The notes below the pieces were generated by a model. The model made no database searches. It saw only the letters and a list, made by a program, of their open reading frames with translations, and had not been told where the DNA came from. Made by a program: the position numbers and the translations under genes. Of a stretch of 64,000 nt of DNA, positions 50,175-63,624 are shown piece after piece. How positions within the stretch are numbered: position 1 is the first letter of the stretch; each line of letters begins with the position of its first letter. Origin of the DNA: Camelus dromedarius (lineage: Eukaryota). Where the stretch lies: NCBI RefSeq assembly GCF_036321535.1, contig NC_087437.1, forward strand, positions 46,874,001 through 46,938,000, given 5' to 3'.

Positions 50175-50408
50175 GTATTATCTTTGAAATCAGATGCTTA
50201 GGGGTGTCGATCCCGGTCTGCCACTCACTCATCAGCAATGAGAACTGGGTGAATCACTTAGCCTCTTGGGATTCTGTTTGCTCACCTGGAACAGCAGTAG
50301 TAATACGACCTGATAGGATTACCATGAAAATCAGTATCAACATAAGTAAGGCTTTTCTCAGAGGACTAGAGTATCGAATGCACTTGATAAATGCTTCTTA
50401 TTATGTAT
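50175..50408 (+). mobile_element. MIR, near full length
   Basis: 'tttgaaatcagatgcttaggg.tgtcgatcccggtctgccact...ctgggtgaatcacttagcctct...gcacttgataaatgc'. Confidence 0.8.
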
Positions 50409-50809
50409 TATCATCTATAAAGAACCATCTACTTTTTTTCATTCTGCCTACCTTGTACTGCTTGAAAACACATTACAATTTATTAGGTGGATAAATTTGT
50501 GATTCCTATTTTCCCATCATTAAAAGAAATTGAGTTAACTTTAAGTGAAACAATGTTGACCAAATTACAGTTCTTGACTTGGTAATATGTATTTGCTGAC
50601 TCACTAGCTCTTTGTGTGCTGTAAACACAACCAAGTCCTTCTGAGAATAACTTTAAACTCATTCAAAATTAGAAAAAAAGTTATTTTACCCATTATTAAA
50701 TGCATATTGATTGAATGAATCTAAAGACCTTTATAAAGCAGATTCAAGGAAATAGGCTTTAAAGAAAATACAATTATAGGTGAATGACTTTTGGAATTAA
50801 ATTAGGCTC

Positions 50810-51440
50810 AGTTTAGATCGCTCCACTCCTCTGGTTTAAATGGCTGTAGGACTCTCCATAGCATATGGAAAAGCATCCCAATTCTTACCTGGACATTCAA
50901 GTCTGCCCATAGCTTTGTCCCATTGGGCTTCCCACTTCTATTCTTGCCACATCTTTCATGTACACCAATGTCACTCAAAATGAGCTTCTCACTTTATACA
51001 CAGGTTAACTTAAGACCTCTGTGGATGTGATCATTGTGTTTACGTTTTCCCAGAATCTCGTTTTCCATAATTATGCCATATCCACATGTTTGAACCATAT
51101 ACATTTCTAAGATACCAGTAGAAACATCACCTTTCCTACAAATCCATCCTAAATTCACATCCCTCCTCTGAAATCTTATGGAATTTCCCCATCTCTCTTT
51201 TTTGATGGATATGATTAGAGATTATATCTCTTTTCTTTGTGTTATTTTTTGATTATGAGTCTGTCTACTAAGTGACTCTTTCAGAGCAGGAACCGTGTGA
51301 CCTCTCTTGATGTGAAGAGGTATTGTTATTCTCATTACCACATAGAGCTCCTGGTTCAATAAATGTTTTATTACAGATGATTGAGTGAACAAATAAAGGA
51401 ATGAATGAATAGATGAATAAAAATGAGTGAATGAATAAAA
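50810..51440 (+). mobile_element. L2 3' portion with (TGAA)n-like tail
   Basis: 'cccaattcttacctggacattcaag', 'catcacctttcctacaaatc', 'ggttcaataaatg...gaatgaatgaatagatgaat'. Confidence 0.7.
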
Positions 51441-52304
51441 AAAACTGAAAAGCCAAATAAATTACTAGAGCCAACAGAAAACAGAATTTAAAATATATAT
51501 AATTCCAACGGCATTTACCTGGTTGTTTCATCCCTCAGTATGTACCCTTCTGTTCTGCTTGAATGGTGGAAATTACCATGGTCAAACTAGTTTAGTTTTG
51601 AATTTTCCTGGTTCATTGTTAGGGAGCTGTGAGATAAAGGAGGAAATAGGCACCAGCTTCTGCTGCACTGTCCGCTTGCTCTTTCCGAGTGATAAGTATC
51701 TAACTACAGACTAATTTTGCTATCTTGCTTTCTGATAACTTAATTTTTAGGGTTTTGCAGCAATGAACATTGATCTTTCCATTTAAGAGAGCATTTTGCA
51801 CATCCCACCACTTAAAAAGCCTTGTTAATGACTTTTCATCGTTATAAATTGCAAAATACTTCCCAACAAAAACAGAGGAATCACTCCAGTATATTTGGAT
51901 AAGAATGTGGCAGCTGCTTAACTGTATCAAATACCAAGATAAATGCATTTTTAAAATACCAAATTGTGCATAGCTGGGTACATTCTGGTAACTAGCTAAT
52001 GCCTGACAAAGATCACTAAATTAGTAGATGTTGTCTATTAAAAGTCTTATCTCCAAGATGTCACTCATTTTAGTGAACTGATGAGGACTATTACCAACTA
52101 ACATGTGTTAAAAGTAGTTTACAAAAGTAATGAGTCTTGGGAACCAAAGATTAAATATAAACAAAACTTTACCTGTTTACCCAACAATTTCGATGTGCAA
52201 ACAGTTCTTAATGGGGGTGCTTTGAGGACTTAACAATTGTTAAAATTATCCTTTCTAAAAAAAAAAAATTTGGTTGTGCTACTTTAAAAATGTGCAATTG
52301 TCCT

Positions 52305-52480
52305 CATCCTTACTATGTGCCAGGCACTATTCTAATCATCTTACACCTATTAATTCACTTAATTCTTACAACCACCTATGGAATAGGTAATATTATTCCC
52401 ATTTTAAGATTTGGAAACTGATACACAAAGAGGATAATTTTTTGAATCAAGTCACATGGCCAAGAAATTGTGGAGCTATT
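52305..52480 (-). mobile_element. MIR
   Basis: 'cttactatgtgccaggcactattcta...ttaattcttacaaccacctatggaataggtaatattattcccatttta...ggaaactga'. Confidence 0.85.
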
Positions 52481-54019
52481 AACAATAGACATTAATTTAT
52501 ATTTGTTTAAAAAGTGAATAAATTTTCATTGCCGATCTAGCCTCCTGTGTTGTACCCTAGGACTCCCTCAGGCAAGATCTCTTCTTCCAGCCCAAATGCC
52601 TGTAACCCTCCGCCTTACTTCCCATACTCCCACCAAAACCTCCTCAAAAATTCTTTATCTGTACTGATAAATTTCTCCAGGGATCCCTCTCAGGATATGT
52701 GCATTCTCAAGAAAAAGAAGTGCTTGGAAATAATCAGTTTAGTTCTAAATATTAACAGATGAGGTAGGAAAAGCATCGATGATTATCCATGGGGAAGGGA
52801 CATTTCCAGGGCTTCTGAAATCACACGCACAACCTAGTATCCTTGACCTAGGCATTCGGTTGGCTTAGCACCTCAGCTGTCACTGGGTCACACTCCACAG
52901 CAGGGAAACAATATTATATTAAAGGCAACATCTATTATTAAAAGGTCATTATGACAATAAGCAGTTGCATTGCCTATGTGCTTGTTTCAGACAAGGCAGT
53001 AGCCTCTGTCTAGCCCACAACTGGGTGTATGAGGCCAGGGCATGGGGGTGCCCAGAGTACACACAATTAACAACAAGAGCCCCTGCTGGTGTGGTAAACA
53101 CTCATTGCAGACCCCATGCCTGGCATCTTCCTCAAAACAACTCTAAACCTGATGGGTTTAATTAATTTACCTAAGACCCACAGCTAATTTTAAGAGGCAT
53201 TTAAATGTAAGTCTATCTGACTTAAATACCTATGGGAACCAAGGCTTCTTGATATCTTTCTCCAAAATCCCCTACCTTTGATACATACCAAGATACAATG
53301 ATCCTAGTATGTTAAAATAGCATAATGAGTGCAACCTTGACATATTCAGTAAGTTACATAATATTGTGCAGCCATATTCAGGGCTGAAAAAAATTAATGA
53401 AAACATTTTTTATGCTAGCACCAAAAATTTCATTTGTTCCATTTCACTTTGGTTGTACTTTCAAAGTCCTCTTGAAATTTGGGGCACTCACTTGAAACTG
53501 ATTTGATTATGAGATATACGGTTAATTGATTTTTGCATTTGAATTAATTGCATAAATGTTCAAAGAATTTTTAAAAAGAATTGTGCTCAGTTAAAATTGA
53601 CACCATGGGAGACATCACAATTTTTAATATGAGCAGTATTATTGTGTTTCTAAAGGGATTTTCCTCCCTTCAGAACCTTTGGATATACAAGCCTGTGACA
53701 AATTCTGCTTCTCATGGTGGCTCTCAGCCAGGTAAAGCTGCATCACATGTTCTGAGGCAAATGTCTTTTTGTAGATCCATTGATTGCAATCACCAGGAGT
53801 TTGCTGAAAACTGGTATCAAATAGCTATGAAATAACAGATGCTTGTTGTATCGTTCCTCAACCGGACACCATTGTAGCTCGCAATTCTCTTTGAAATAAC
53901 TATGGCATCACTCAGTCTGTGCAAACCCAGTACAGTTGCAGAGTCATCCTTAAGAACCTTTCCTGCTAATCAATTCACCCAATTCTCAAGAACAACGCAT
54001 GTGACTTAAATATGAAAGG

Positions 54020-54105
54020 CATTATGATATCCATTTTGCAGATGAGGAAACTGAGCTTTATAAAGGCTGAACAACTTGTTCCTGACCATGGAACTAGCAA
54101 AGGAA
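54020..54105 (-). mobile_element. MIR core fragment
   Basis: 'ccattttgcagatgaggaaactgag'. Confidence 0.7.
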
Positions 54106-54439
54106 ACAAACCTACTTATTGTATAATAGGTTGGTGAACCCTGGCATATAACCATCACTGTTTAACTACTCGCAGGCCCTCGAGGAAAAAAACACAATTT
54201 GTACACATTTATAAATATTCTGGTTAAAACCTTGAAAACCCTGTGTGTGCTAAGACCATGCTCAGATGTGAGTTGGCTACTAGTGAGTGGACCTAGCTAA
54301 CTGCCCAGCAGCTATGTCTCAACTTCATAGTGTATTTTTTATTGCTTACTGCTAATTTCATAAGGATCTCAATAAATCAAATACATACTTTGAGCCGTTC
54401 ATTCTCCAAAAAGATAGCTATAAGGTGCCTCTGAGACAA

Positions 54440-54680
54440 TGGCTGTACTCGACATGGGAGATGCAGTGCTGAGCAATGCTGACTCAGCCCCTGCAGCTAA
54501 GGGACAGCCACTGGGTAAGAAATCAGTAACAAAGCATAATGGTAATTGTAAGAGATGATTTTCAGGGAGCTGTGAGATCTCACCTAGGTATTGACCGGAG
54601 AATTTCTCCCTGGGAAGGCTAAGACATGAAGAATAAACAGAAGTTGGGCAGTTTAAAGAGAGGAGGGCAGAATAATGTCT
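54440..54680 (-). mobile_element. L2 fragment
   Basis: 'gggagatgcagtgctgagcaa...cagcccctgc...gctaagacatgaagaataaacagaagttgggcag'. Confidence 0.55.
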
Positions 54681-54819
54681 TTATTTTTGGTTTTATTTTA
54701 CTGCTTTTTGTGGGGAAAATTGCATAATAATAGCATTTATAAATCTAGGAATTTGTGATGGCCTTAGGATGTACCATAGTGAATGTCGAGGGTAGATTCT
54801 AGCCTGAGCTTTCCTCTAC

Positions 54820-55005
54820 CTACTTAACTAGATTGGTTAGAACATGATGCACTTACAAAGTCAAGACTTTGATTGCATTCTTAAATGATGGTGTTTTTCC
54901 CTGTTCCCAGTACGCAATCTGTGATCATAACTCTGTCATAAGAAAGATTGCCTCAGAGAATGTGGATGGAAGGGTAAAATTTCATTGCCAATGCTGGGAA
55001 GAAAT
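54820..55005 (+). mobile_element. MamSINE1-like ancient tRNA-derived SINE remnant
   Basis: Decayed head 'ttaactagattggttagaacatgatgc' and body 'gagaatgtggatgga...tttcattgccaatgctgggaagaaa'. Confidence 0.45.
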
Positions 55006-55559
55006 GTGTTTGAAGTACAGATGCTAGTGACATCATATACTTTTCTGTTTACCTTAAAGACATCAGCTTGTGATACAGTTTATATACATACTAGAAAGGC
55101 ACAGTGAGGGTCTTTTATTTCTTTCTGTAGTGTTTGGAACAAAGAATTCGTGCTAATTTGTATTGCTTCATATAAACATTCTAATTTTTTTCAAAGTTGT
55201 CACTAAGAATTTTTGCAAGATTTTTACTATATGTGTCTGAATATCCATTAATTATGGTACTATATTTTATAAAACATCTGTTGGAAATATTATGTAGCAT
55301 AGTGAAATTCTAATTGATAACATGTTTTAAAAAGTCAAATTTAAATTTAAAACTTCTTTTTTGAATAATGGACAACACCAACTCTACACCAAAGATTACA
55401 TTCAGGGAAAGCAGAGTACAGTTAACACAAATCACAAAATGACATGTACAAAAGAGACAAAATTTTAAAAATATACCCCAAGTTATTAATACTGTTCAAA
55501 ATAATTGACTTAAAAATCCTAAAATAACCTTTTAGTAAAAATCACAAAATGTCAAAATT

Positions 55560-55722
55560 GGTTGTAAGATCATTTTAAGATCAACGCTTTCATTTTATAA
55601 AGAAGAAAACTGAGGTTCATGAGTGAATGACCCAGCTAAGATCACAGTACTGGTTAGCAGTGATGTTAGGACAACTCATGTATTTTGACCCAAATCTAGT
55701 TGTTGGGAGTCACCATGCTACC
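55560..55722 (-). mobile_element. MIR
   Basis: 'tttcattttataaagaagaaaactgaggttca...gaatgacccagctaagatcacag.actggttag'. Confidence 0.75.
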
Positions 55723-57499
55723 AGCTTTATATTTCACATAAAGTTAAAAATATTTCCAAGCAGACTTTCAAATAATTTTGCCCCTTTGAATGCATGTCTG
55801 TGTTTGTACAGTTTGTGTACAATAGTGGAAAAAACAACCTGTAACTAAAGAAAACTCAAAGCACACTGATCATTGCTTTTGACCTTTGTCGGTACTAGGA
55901 TGGTTACAAAAATGTTTGAGTCATTGTAAAGATATCTTACATCCCATCACTGAAGAATAGGAAATGGACAAAACTGATGGGAAGTCAGAGGTACCAATAC
56001 TCTTAATTACTCCATATCTATCTATCTGTCTATTTGTCCATCTGTCTGTCTGCCTACATGCTATGATAAGCAGTTTGCAAGGAAGTTGAAATTACTGTCT
56101 TGCCACATGTAGAGAAACAGTTATTGTAGTTTTGTAAACTACTCAGTTTAGAAAATCAGTTCTTCTTATGACTATTATGAAAGCCAGAGGCTTATAACTT
56201 TTTTTCCATACCACATTTCAGCAAGCTATTTGGTCCATCTTTGCTGCTGCATGGAGTAAGTGGAAGTAGTTCTAAGTCACACCTCTTCAGTGCAATAAGA
56301 GGAAGGCACTGGATCTGTCCAAAGTATTGACATGTAAATTGCTTGCAATTGCTATTAGACAAAAGTCATCCTGAAAGTTGACATGAAAAAGTGAACAACA
56401 AAAACTCAAGCAAAATGGCTTCCCTGCATGTGGATAGGGAGAATCAATGGAACCTTTAACTGGCAATACTATTCTCAGAAGACCTTTCAGATAGGAGGGT
56501 AGAACACTGCACTTGTGACAAGCATGCAGCAGAAGGCTAGTCATCTGGCTGGGGGAGGGTGGGACACATGTCTGGGACAGGGGCTTTTGCTGCCCATCCA
56601 GTAGGGAGTAGGCATCGGAAAGATATAGAACAAAGTCTTAAATGAAGAGTTATGACTTAAGGGGGAGGTGAATTGAGGTTTAAGAAAACAGGAGGGTTCC
56701 TGGGGATAGAACTGCCTGAGCTGAGCCCCAGAGCAAAGTATAAGCTCAGATAGGTGGGGTTTAACTTGCTCAATCCTCACAATTTTGAGCAGAAATCATT
56801 GTGCCAACGAATGTCACCTATTCATAAATCTATCTCCATTCTACACACAAGTAACTCATGTGGATATGTGTCTGTGTGTATATTTGCACCTGGGATTATC
56901 TTTCACTTAATCTCAATTTCTTTATATTTTTTCTTTAGATTTTTGTAGGTCCCCCTTTTCTTTTATATCTGACTATAGTCACCGTCTGTAAATGCCAGTA
57001 AGAAAATTGGTTCTAAAACTATCTTGTAATTCATTTTGTGAATGGAATTTTCTTTACCCCCACTAGTTATTTAGTAAATTAAATTTGGGAACTCTGCTGA
57101 TATTAAAAACTGACTGAATTTAAGATGACTACATTTAAAATTACTCTCTGCTGTGTAATGTTTACTGACCACAGTCTAACAAATACCTCAATCACATATG
57201 CCTTTAAGTAGATATCTTATTTGTAGTATATTTTTCATAGCATAACAACCAGAAACAAATAAACTAAAATACATAAGAAATAGAAAAAACATGTTTCTGG
57301 GTTTCTGAGTCATACCTTAATATGATTGCATTATATTTTTAAAAATTTGTATGCTAGGTCAAGGGTACTAAATTGTAGAAGTAACTCTTAAAGCAAGTTG
57401 GTTACACAAAGTAATATTAAGACATTTCTCCAAAGAATTCAAGGCATTTTTTTTTCACTGAACTTAACTAAGCCTTTTTAAAGAGATGTAAGAAATGAA

Positions 57500-58060
57500 T
57501 ATAAGCATTCTCATCATATGAATAAAAAGATGAAACACATAAAGTGTTTATATAGTAAGAATTCCAAATCTAGATAAATGCATAAGGCTAAACGAATTCA
57601 AAATGCAACACTCAATTGTATTTTAAACTTTTTATAACCTAAATGATTTATAAACCACTGGATCACACTGCCAGTTGAAGACAATATTATCTAAGTCTTT
57701 CCCTGCTGTAGCTCAGACTCAGTGTAAGGATAAAATGAGTGTATCCATTCAGAGTAAAACAAATACATAAAATCAAATAGAAAGATACAATTTTCCCTAT
57801 TGAATTAGCAAAATATCTTTAAATCATAATAATGTAATAACATGAGAAATATATATAAATACAATCTTGATTAAAGTGTAATTGACATTTTTTTTTGAAG
57901 AGCAAGACTCTTAGCAAGTCTATAATGTTTAATCCAGTAATTTTACCTCAGGATGTATACTTAGAAAATAATTAGATATACTGACATGGATCTATATAAA
58001 AAAAAATTCACTGATGTGTTATATGATGACATAATAATAACAAAAATAGGATACAATATA
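57500..58060 (+). mobile_element. Highly decayed L1ME-like fragment
   Basis: 'agatacaattttccctattgaattagcaaaa', 'tttaatccagtaattttacctcaggatgtatac'. Confidence 0.55.
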
Positions 58061-58067
58061 GCATAGG

Positions 58068-58465
58068 TATGAGTTCTGTTTCTTTGGTTGCAAGCAACAG
58101 AAGCAAATGTTAGCTAATTTAAGCCAAAGATTATGATGGGAAAGAGAGAGCAGAGGAGGGGAAGGAGAAGGAAGAGGAAGAGAGGGAAGAGAAGCAGGTG
58201 GAGAAGGAGGAAGGGGAGGGGTAGCCAAAGGAAAGCTAAAGAATCAGACTCAGAAGAGGCAGTTTTGGGGACCCAGGGATTGGGAGCTAATTGTCAGTCA
58301 CATCTGCTTACCACTATATGGCTCTTTTTTTTTTCTTCCTGTATTCATAGTGTCAGGAAAGAGTCAGATTGATATAGTTTGACTCAACTATATCAATAGT
58401 TGATATAATCACCTGGCTAGGGAAACTTGACTGGTAGTTCTATCAGTTCAGTGTATTATGAACAA
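58068..58465 (-). mobile_element. MaLR LTR, MLT1K/L-like, with a purine-rich low-complexity expansion (58140-58222)
   Basis: 'tctttggttgcaagcaacagaagcaaa.gttagctaatttaagc' is the typical old MLT1 terminus. Confidence 0.65.
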
Positions 58466-58467
58466 AG

Positions 58468-58468
<1 letters not shown>

Positions 58469-58503
<35 letters not shown>

Positions 58504-58533
58504 TTTGTAATAAATATATATATATATATTATA
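58469..58533. repeat. (TG)16 followed by a (TA)n tract
   Basis: Seen directly. Confidence 0.95.
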
Positions 58534-59679
58534 TAATGACTGGAAAAAACAAAAAATTAATAAGGGAATTGATGTGATAATACTTGTTTTCTTTTTTATT
58601 TTTTTCTATTTCCAAGTTTTGTATATTGAGTATTATTTTTTTCAGGAAAGTAACATTATTTAAAAAAAAATAGTTCATGGAACAGAGCAATGTAGGCTTA
58701 GGTAGGAATTGAGTTTATTCCTTGTTTTCCTTAAAACTCACCAATTGAGCATATTCCTGGATGTGGAAACCAGTATTTATTATATTCATTTAATGATGGA
58801 GTTTATTCTTTGGTCTAAAGTCAGTACTGCATAAAATGCATCACTAATAAATGCTTTGTCTTTTCTCTTATATGTTTCCAGGCTGTTCTTTTTTTCTTTT
58901 GTTTTTAAATGTACAATTGAAACATGATGTTTTATTTTGCAACCAGCATATTAAACGTTCATTTAAAAGTTTCACTGCTAAGTTGAGATACAATAAAGTA
59001 CAGCTTTTTTTTTCCACTTTAAAATGTATCTTTTGTTAAATACCAATTGATTACTAGAATATTTCATGGAAAATAACTTTATTTTTAATTAGCCACAGGC
59101 AGTTCTTCAAATAATAATATATTTTTTTCAAGGTTAGCTTTGGGGTTGATTTTTTAGTTGACTTTGACACATTTTGATCATGATACATTTGCTTTTTTCA
59201 TTAAACATGGAACAGAGCAGTCAACTCAAAAACAAATTCCAAAGGAATTTGACAGGATTTGAAAACTGTTTTTGAAGTTTATTGGAAAGAAATCTCTTAA
59301 TCCAGGATCATGGCCTTAGGTGATTGTAAGAAAGATGACTAGACCATGAGGAATCTAGCCAGGGAAGTAATAAACGGGTTGTTTTTCCATCTTTTGAAGG
59401 ATTGGAATGCAAGAAGAAAAAATATTTACCAGGGACAAATAATTGGAATTAATCTACGTGGAATATTTTTAAGATCTATATTTTATTTTTTAGATCTATA
59501 GAATTTGCTCAAAGTCAGGAATGTGATCATTAATAGTAGTAAGAGCTATCAGTTAAGATATTCTTAACTATTATGCACTTTTAATCATTACTTTCTTTTT
59601 AATTGTTAATCGTAGAATGATAATTCTATAATCACAATTTTTAAACATTAAAATTCTTTATGATACTAAGCAAGTGTTA

Positions 59680-59975
59680 CGTTGGTATAGTAGAAGTATC
59701 ACACAGGCCAGAAGTCCAAATAATTTTATTCTTTTTCAGTTCTACCATTTTCTGGCTTGATCACATTGGATTATTTACTTAATCTTGCTAAATAGAGTTT
59801 CCTTTAGTAAAATAAATTTAATATTGGCTGTGCCATTCACAACTCATAAGGCTAATTATGTGGATTAGATGAAATGTAAATATGAAATGCATGTAAAGCT
59901 GTAAGTTTTCATAGATGTGTAAGATGATAGTGCTGTTATTATTGTCATTATTATTATTATTATTATTATTATTAC
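59680..59975 (+). mobile_element. MIR ending in a (TTA)n microsatellite
   Basis: 'ggtatagtagaa...cagaagtcc...ttggattatttacttaatct...ggattagatgaaatg'; (TTA)n at about 59947-59974. Confidence 0.7.
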
Positions 59976-60589
59976 TGGAATGTAAAATAAGAAAGTTAAG
60001 CTCCCAAATTACCTTTGGTTTCTGAACTGTGGATGTTTTTCACTGCAGACTCTAGCACTTAAAACTAAAGCAAGTGTTAGTAACTGTTCTTGCTGTCTAT
60101 AAAGGAAGGTGTTATGTAAATAGTACACGTTTTGATTTGTATATGTTGTTTGATTGATTTAAAAGCTTTCTTTCAAAAATCTATGACATTTAGAGCAGCT
60201 TCCTATGAATTCTTCATGATTTTCATGCTCCTGAAAGGAGACAGATTGCCAACGTTGCAACTGTTTACCTTTAGGAAAAGGCATCAGCAATTAAAACTTC
60301 TAAAAGCTGCCTCCCAACAGAAAGGACAGTGGTCTGCTCTCCATAGGCTGTTTAATTTTGCAGGGACTCCTAGAAAGGGCCTCATTTGCACTAGTGGTTT
60401 TCACGTCACAACCCATTAAGAGTTGAAATGGAGTCTGCTGATGTGTTTTCTAGGCTGCGGGACAACGCTGGGTAGCAGCAGTGAGAGCAGAGTAAGCCCT
60501 GGAGTGGAAAGACCTCCATCAAGTCAGGCTGCGTCAGGCTGAGAGATAAAACAGAGCATCTCACCTCTAGGCGGGCCCGTCTTACAGAC

Positions 60590-61046
60590 CAGGTGGTGGC
60601 AAGTTTTTTCTGTGAAGGGCTAAATGGTAACTAGTTTAGGCTTTATAGGCGACACACAGCCTCTGTCCCATATTTATTCTCTCTCTCTCTCCAACCCACG
60701 ACCCTCTCTGTGTATGTGTGTATGCTTTACAACCTTTTTAAAATACAAGAACCATTTTTAGGCAAAAGTCCTATAGAAACAGGTCATGAAAATTAACTCT
60801 CTATGTAAATCCACTATAATACCAACAAGGACAAATCAGCATTCTACCCAACAGCCAAATGGAAGAACAAGTAGAAACATCTTCTGTGCTTTTTTAATGA
60901 CATTGGATGAGCCCAACACATACCATATAATAAATACAGTAGCTGTCTGGAAGCTACTAAATAAGCAGAAGAACAGAGCCAGGTCTAGGTCTGAAACTGT
61001 CTTTTAGAGTAGAATTTGGCCCGCTGGCCTATTCCATGGACCCCTG
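60590..61046 (+). mobile_element. MER58C/D-like hAT MITE with an internal insert of about 220 bp
   Basis: 5' 'caggtggtggcaagttttttctgtgaagggc...tttaggcttt'; middle 'acaacctttttaaaatacaagaaccatt'; 3' 'atttggcccgctggcc...gacccctg'. Degenerate 8-bp TSD ttacagac/tgatagac. Confidence 0.75.
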
Positions 61047-62017
61047 TGATAGACAAAGACATGTGTCCATGTTAAGGTGTGATTTGGTAACTCTCAAAGT
61101 ATGCTGTACCCCTCCAACCTCCTCAAGCCTCCTCAAACTTCTGCTCACAGATTCATATAATTTAATAACTAGAGCTTCATACCTCTGGCTTCAGTTTCCC
61201 TTCCTAAAATGAAAATTATATTTCAGTAAAAAAATTTAAAACCTTCACCTTTACCTGTGATTTAAATGTATCCATTACATCCTTTTAAATTAACCCTGCC
61301 CATACCTCACTCTGCCCCCATACTGCCTCCCTAGTCAGGACATAAAAGCAGAGCAAGTCACATATAACTGCGAATATCCCAGACAATCACCCTGAGCCCT
61401 TTTCCTCTGCTCTCCACTGGAGCCTGGAGCTTGCCTCCTTTCTCAGGTCCTGCATCCTAAAACCTTTCTTCCTGTATCTGAAGCTCCTTTGATTCAGTCA
61501 TCCTTTGTCTCCTATGTTTGCACTTTTGGTCCTTGACTACTGTCTTGTCTCCTTGTGGTTTATCTTGTCTTCTCTGGATTTGGCATCTCCTAAAGTCCTA
61601 AATGAGACTCAAAATAATAAAATCCACCTTACTGAATAATGTAAGAACTAAACGAGATCATCAAAGTTAGGGGCCAGCATATAGGCGCTAAAAAATCAGT
61701 ATTTATCATTAGGATGAAAAGAATTTCAGGGTTCCAAATGTTGGTGAGATAGTGGTGGAGAGGTTGGAAGTTTTTTGCACTCACTCCTCCTCTGTTGGGA
61801 TGCAAAAGCAGAGGAACAGTGCAAAAATTATTTCCATATTTTCCTCAGAAACATCTAAGCCTCTGGCTCTGTTATTCAAATTAATGTCAATAAACTCTGT
61901 ACAAAGAATAGAAAAATCCTGCCTACTTGTCTAAGGAACATAAATACAAACATTTAAAGGACCTAGGGAGCAGCAGCTACAATATACTTCTATTAAATAG
62001 GTCTTTGTTACCTCTTC

Positions 62018-62212
62018 CAGATCCTGATTTCAATTATTTTGGATAAATATCCAGAACTAGGATTGCTGGATTATATTACAGCTCTATTTTTATTTTTATT
62101 TTTATTTTTTTTAGAAAACACCACACTGTTCTCCATAAGTGTTGCCCCATTGTGTTTCCACTAGCAGAGTACAAGGGTTCCAGTCTCTCCATATCCGCAC
62201 CAACACTTACAA
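62018..62212 (-). mobile_element. L1 (L1MA/MB-type) ORF2-end fragment
   Basis: 'gatttcaattattttggataaatatccagaactaggattgctggattata...ccacactgttctccata...gtacaagggttcc'. Confidence 0.85.
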
Positions 62213-62229
62213 CCTTTTGATTGTGGGTA

Positions 62230-62730
62230 ACATTCACAATGTTATGGCCCTCTGTACGTAGTGGAAGACTGCCCAAACAATCTCAGTGATATCCGGCCCT
62301 TGAAGACTAATGAAGCCTGGAAAGAATCACACTGTTGTGGTACTGTGATAGCCAGTGCCCTGCCCCCCCACCCCCAACGAGGGTTGAATGTAAGTGTTCC
62401 CAAGACCTCTGTGGCTCCCTGCAACCTACTTTAATGCCTGGGCTTTAAGCTGGGGGAGTGTGGGCTTGCTGAAGACCAGCCCCTCACCATGAGGAGGGTT
62501 TCTTATGATTCTAGTCATCACTGGGAGGCACAAGGTGGGAGGGGGAGCAATACTGGATCACTGTGAGGAGTGTGACCCTCAAGCAACTCCTGCCCCTGCC
62601 CCTCCTCCCCATATGAACTGCATGAGAAGTCAAAAAAACTGTGTGTGGCAGGCATTTGCAAAAGAGGAGCTCTTCCTTGCAAGAGATGTTAATCTGTGAT
62701 CAATAAAAGTGAAAGGGCCTCTTCCCTAAT
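62230..62730 (+). mobile_element. Probable old LTR-like element, family not assigned
   Basis: GC-richer block of about 500 bp ending in 'tcaataaaagtgaaagggcctcttcccta'. Its layout resembles old ERVL/Gypsy LTRs. Confidence 0.35.
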
Positions 62731-62849
62731 ATTTAAGTGGAACCTAATAGGTAAATCTATGCACCCCTTTCTCATGTCCTGCCACAAAATGGTGAACCTC
62801 AAATATTCAGTTCACTTACTACACCCTCTGCAAAAAATACTCTTCCCTT

Positions 62850-63140
62850 TCTTACCCCTTTTTCTTATTTAGCTGGTTAAACATTCTCCTTTTAAAGCCC
62901 CAATTTAAACATCTCCAGTATCTGACTCTCTAAGGCAACAGTTACCCTCATTTGTATTCATATACTACCCTGCTTCTATCTCACTTTGCATTTTAGTTAT
63001 CACTAACTATCTATGCTTCCCCAACATTACAAAACCCTCTGTGATCAAGACAACATATGCAATAGAGAGATTTATATTTGTGTCCTAACCTAAGGCCTGA
63101 CTCATTATAGAAATGCAATATATGTTTAGCAAACAAATTA
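62850..63140 (+). mobile_element. L2 3' end
   Basis: 'cccaatttaaacatctcc...gcctgactcattatagaaatgcaatatatgttt'. Confidence 0.55.
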
Positions 63141-63624
63141 AATAATCTGTATCAAGTGTACCAAACTTGAGAAATTCCCCCAAATCTCAGAGATCTAGTC
63201 AGCATCACAGAAGTGGTAAACCTCACAGATAATTATGGTTTCCTTTCAGACGTGTGCATTGGCCAAGGATCCTCGAAGCCCAATCACCAGCTATCATCTT
63301 AAGATAAAACATAGCACATTTCATGATAAAATACTTTATTTTGAGGCATGTTTATTATATAATGGAATCTCTACTGATACGATGGTTTAGAACTGTGTTC
63401 TCACAAAATAAAATAGGACAAGGAATAAAGAAATGCACAGTTTTGACAATCCAAGTTAATGACCCAGATTCCTTTTATTACTAGACACACAGCACTTCAT
63501 CACTCAGTAAGTGCTGTAGAAAGAGACACCTGACGAGATCTGATGTCAAAAGAGGCCAGCTGGCCAGTGTTTCAGCTTCAGATTTTCCCAGGATCCTTAA
63601 CCAGTTCAGAGAGTGTTTAATAAA

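Noticed and set aside
58019..58372. Arg-rich (protamine-like) and Pro-rich ORFs
   Set aside because: These are translations of a purine-rich low-complexity tract inside an MLT1 LTR.
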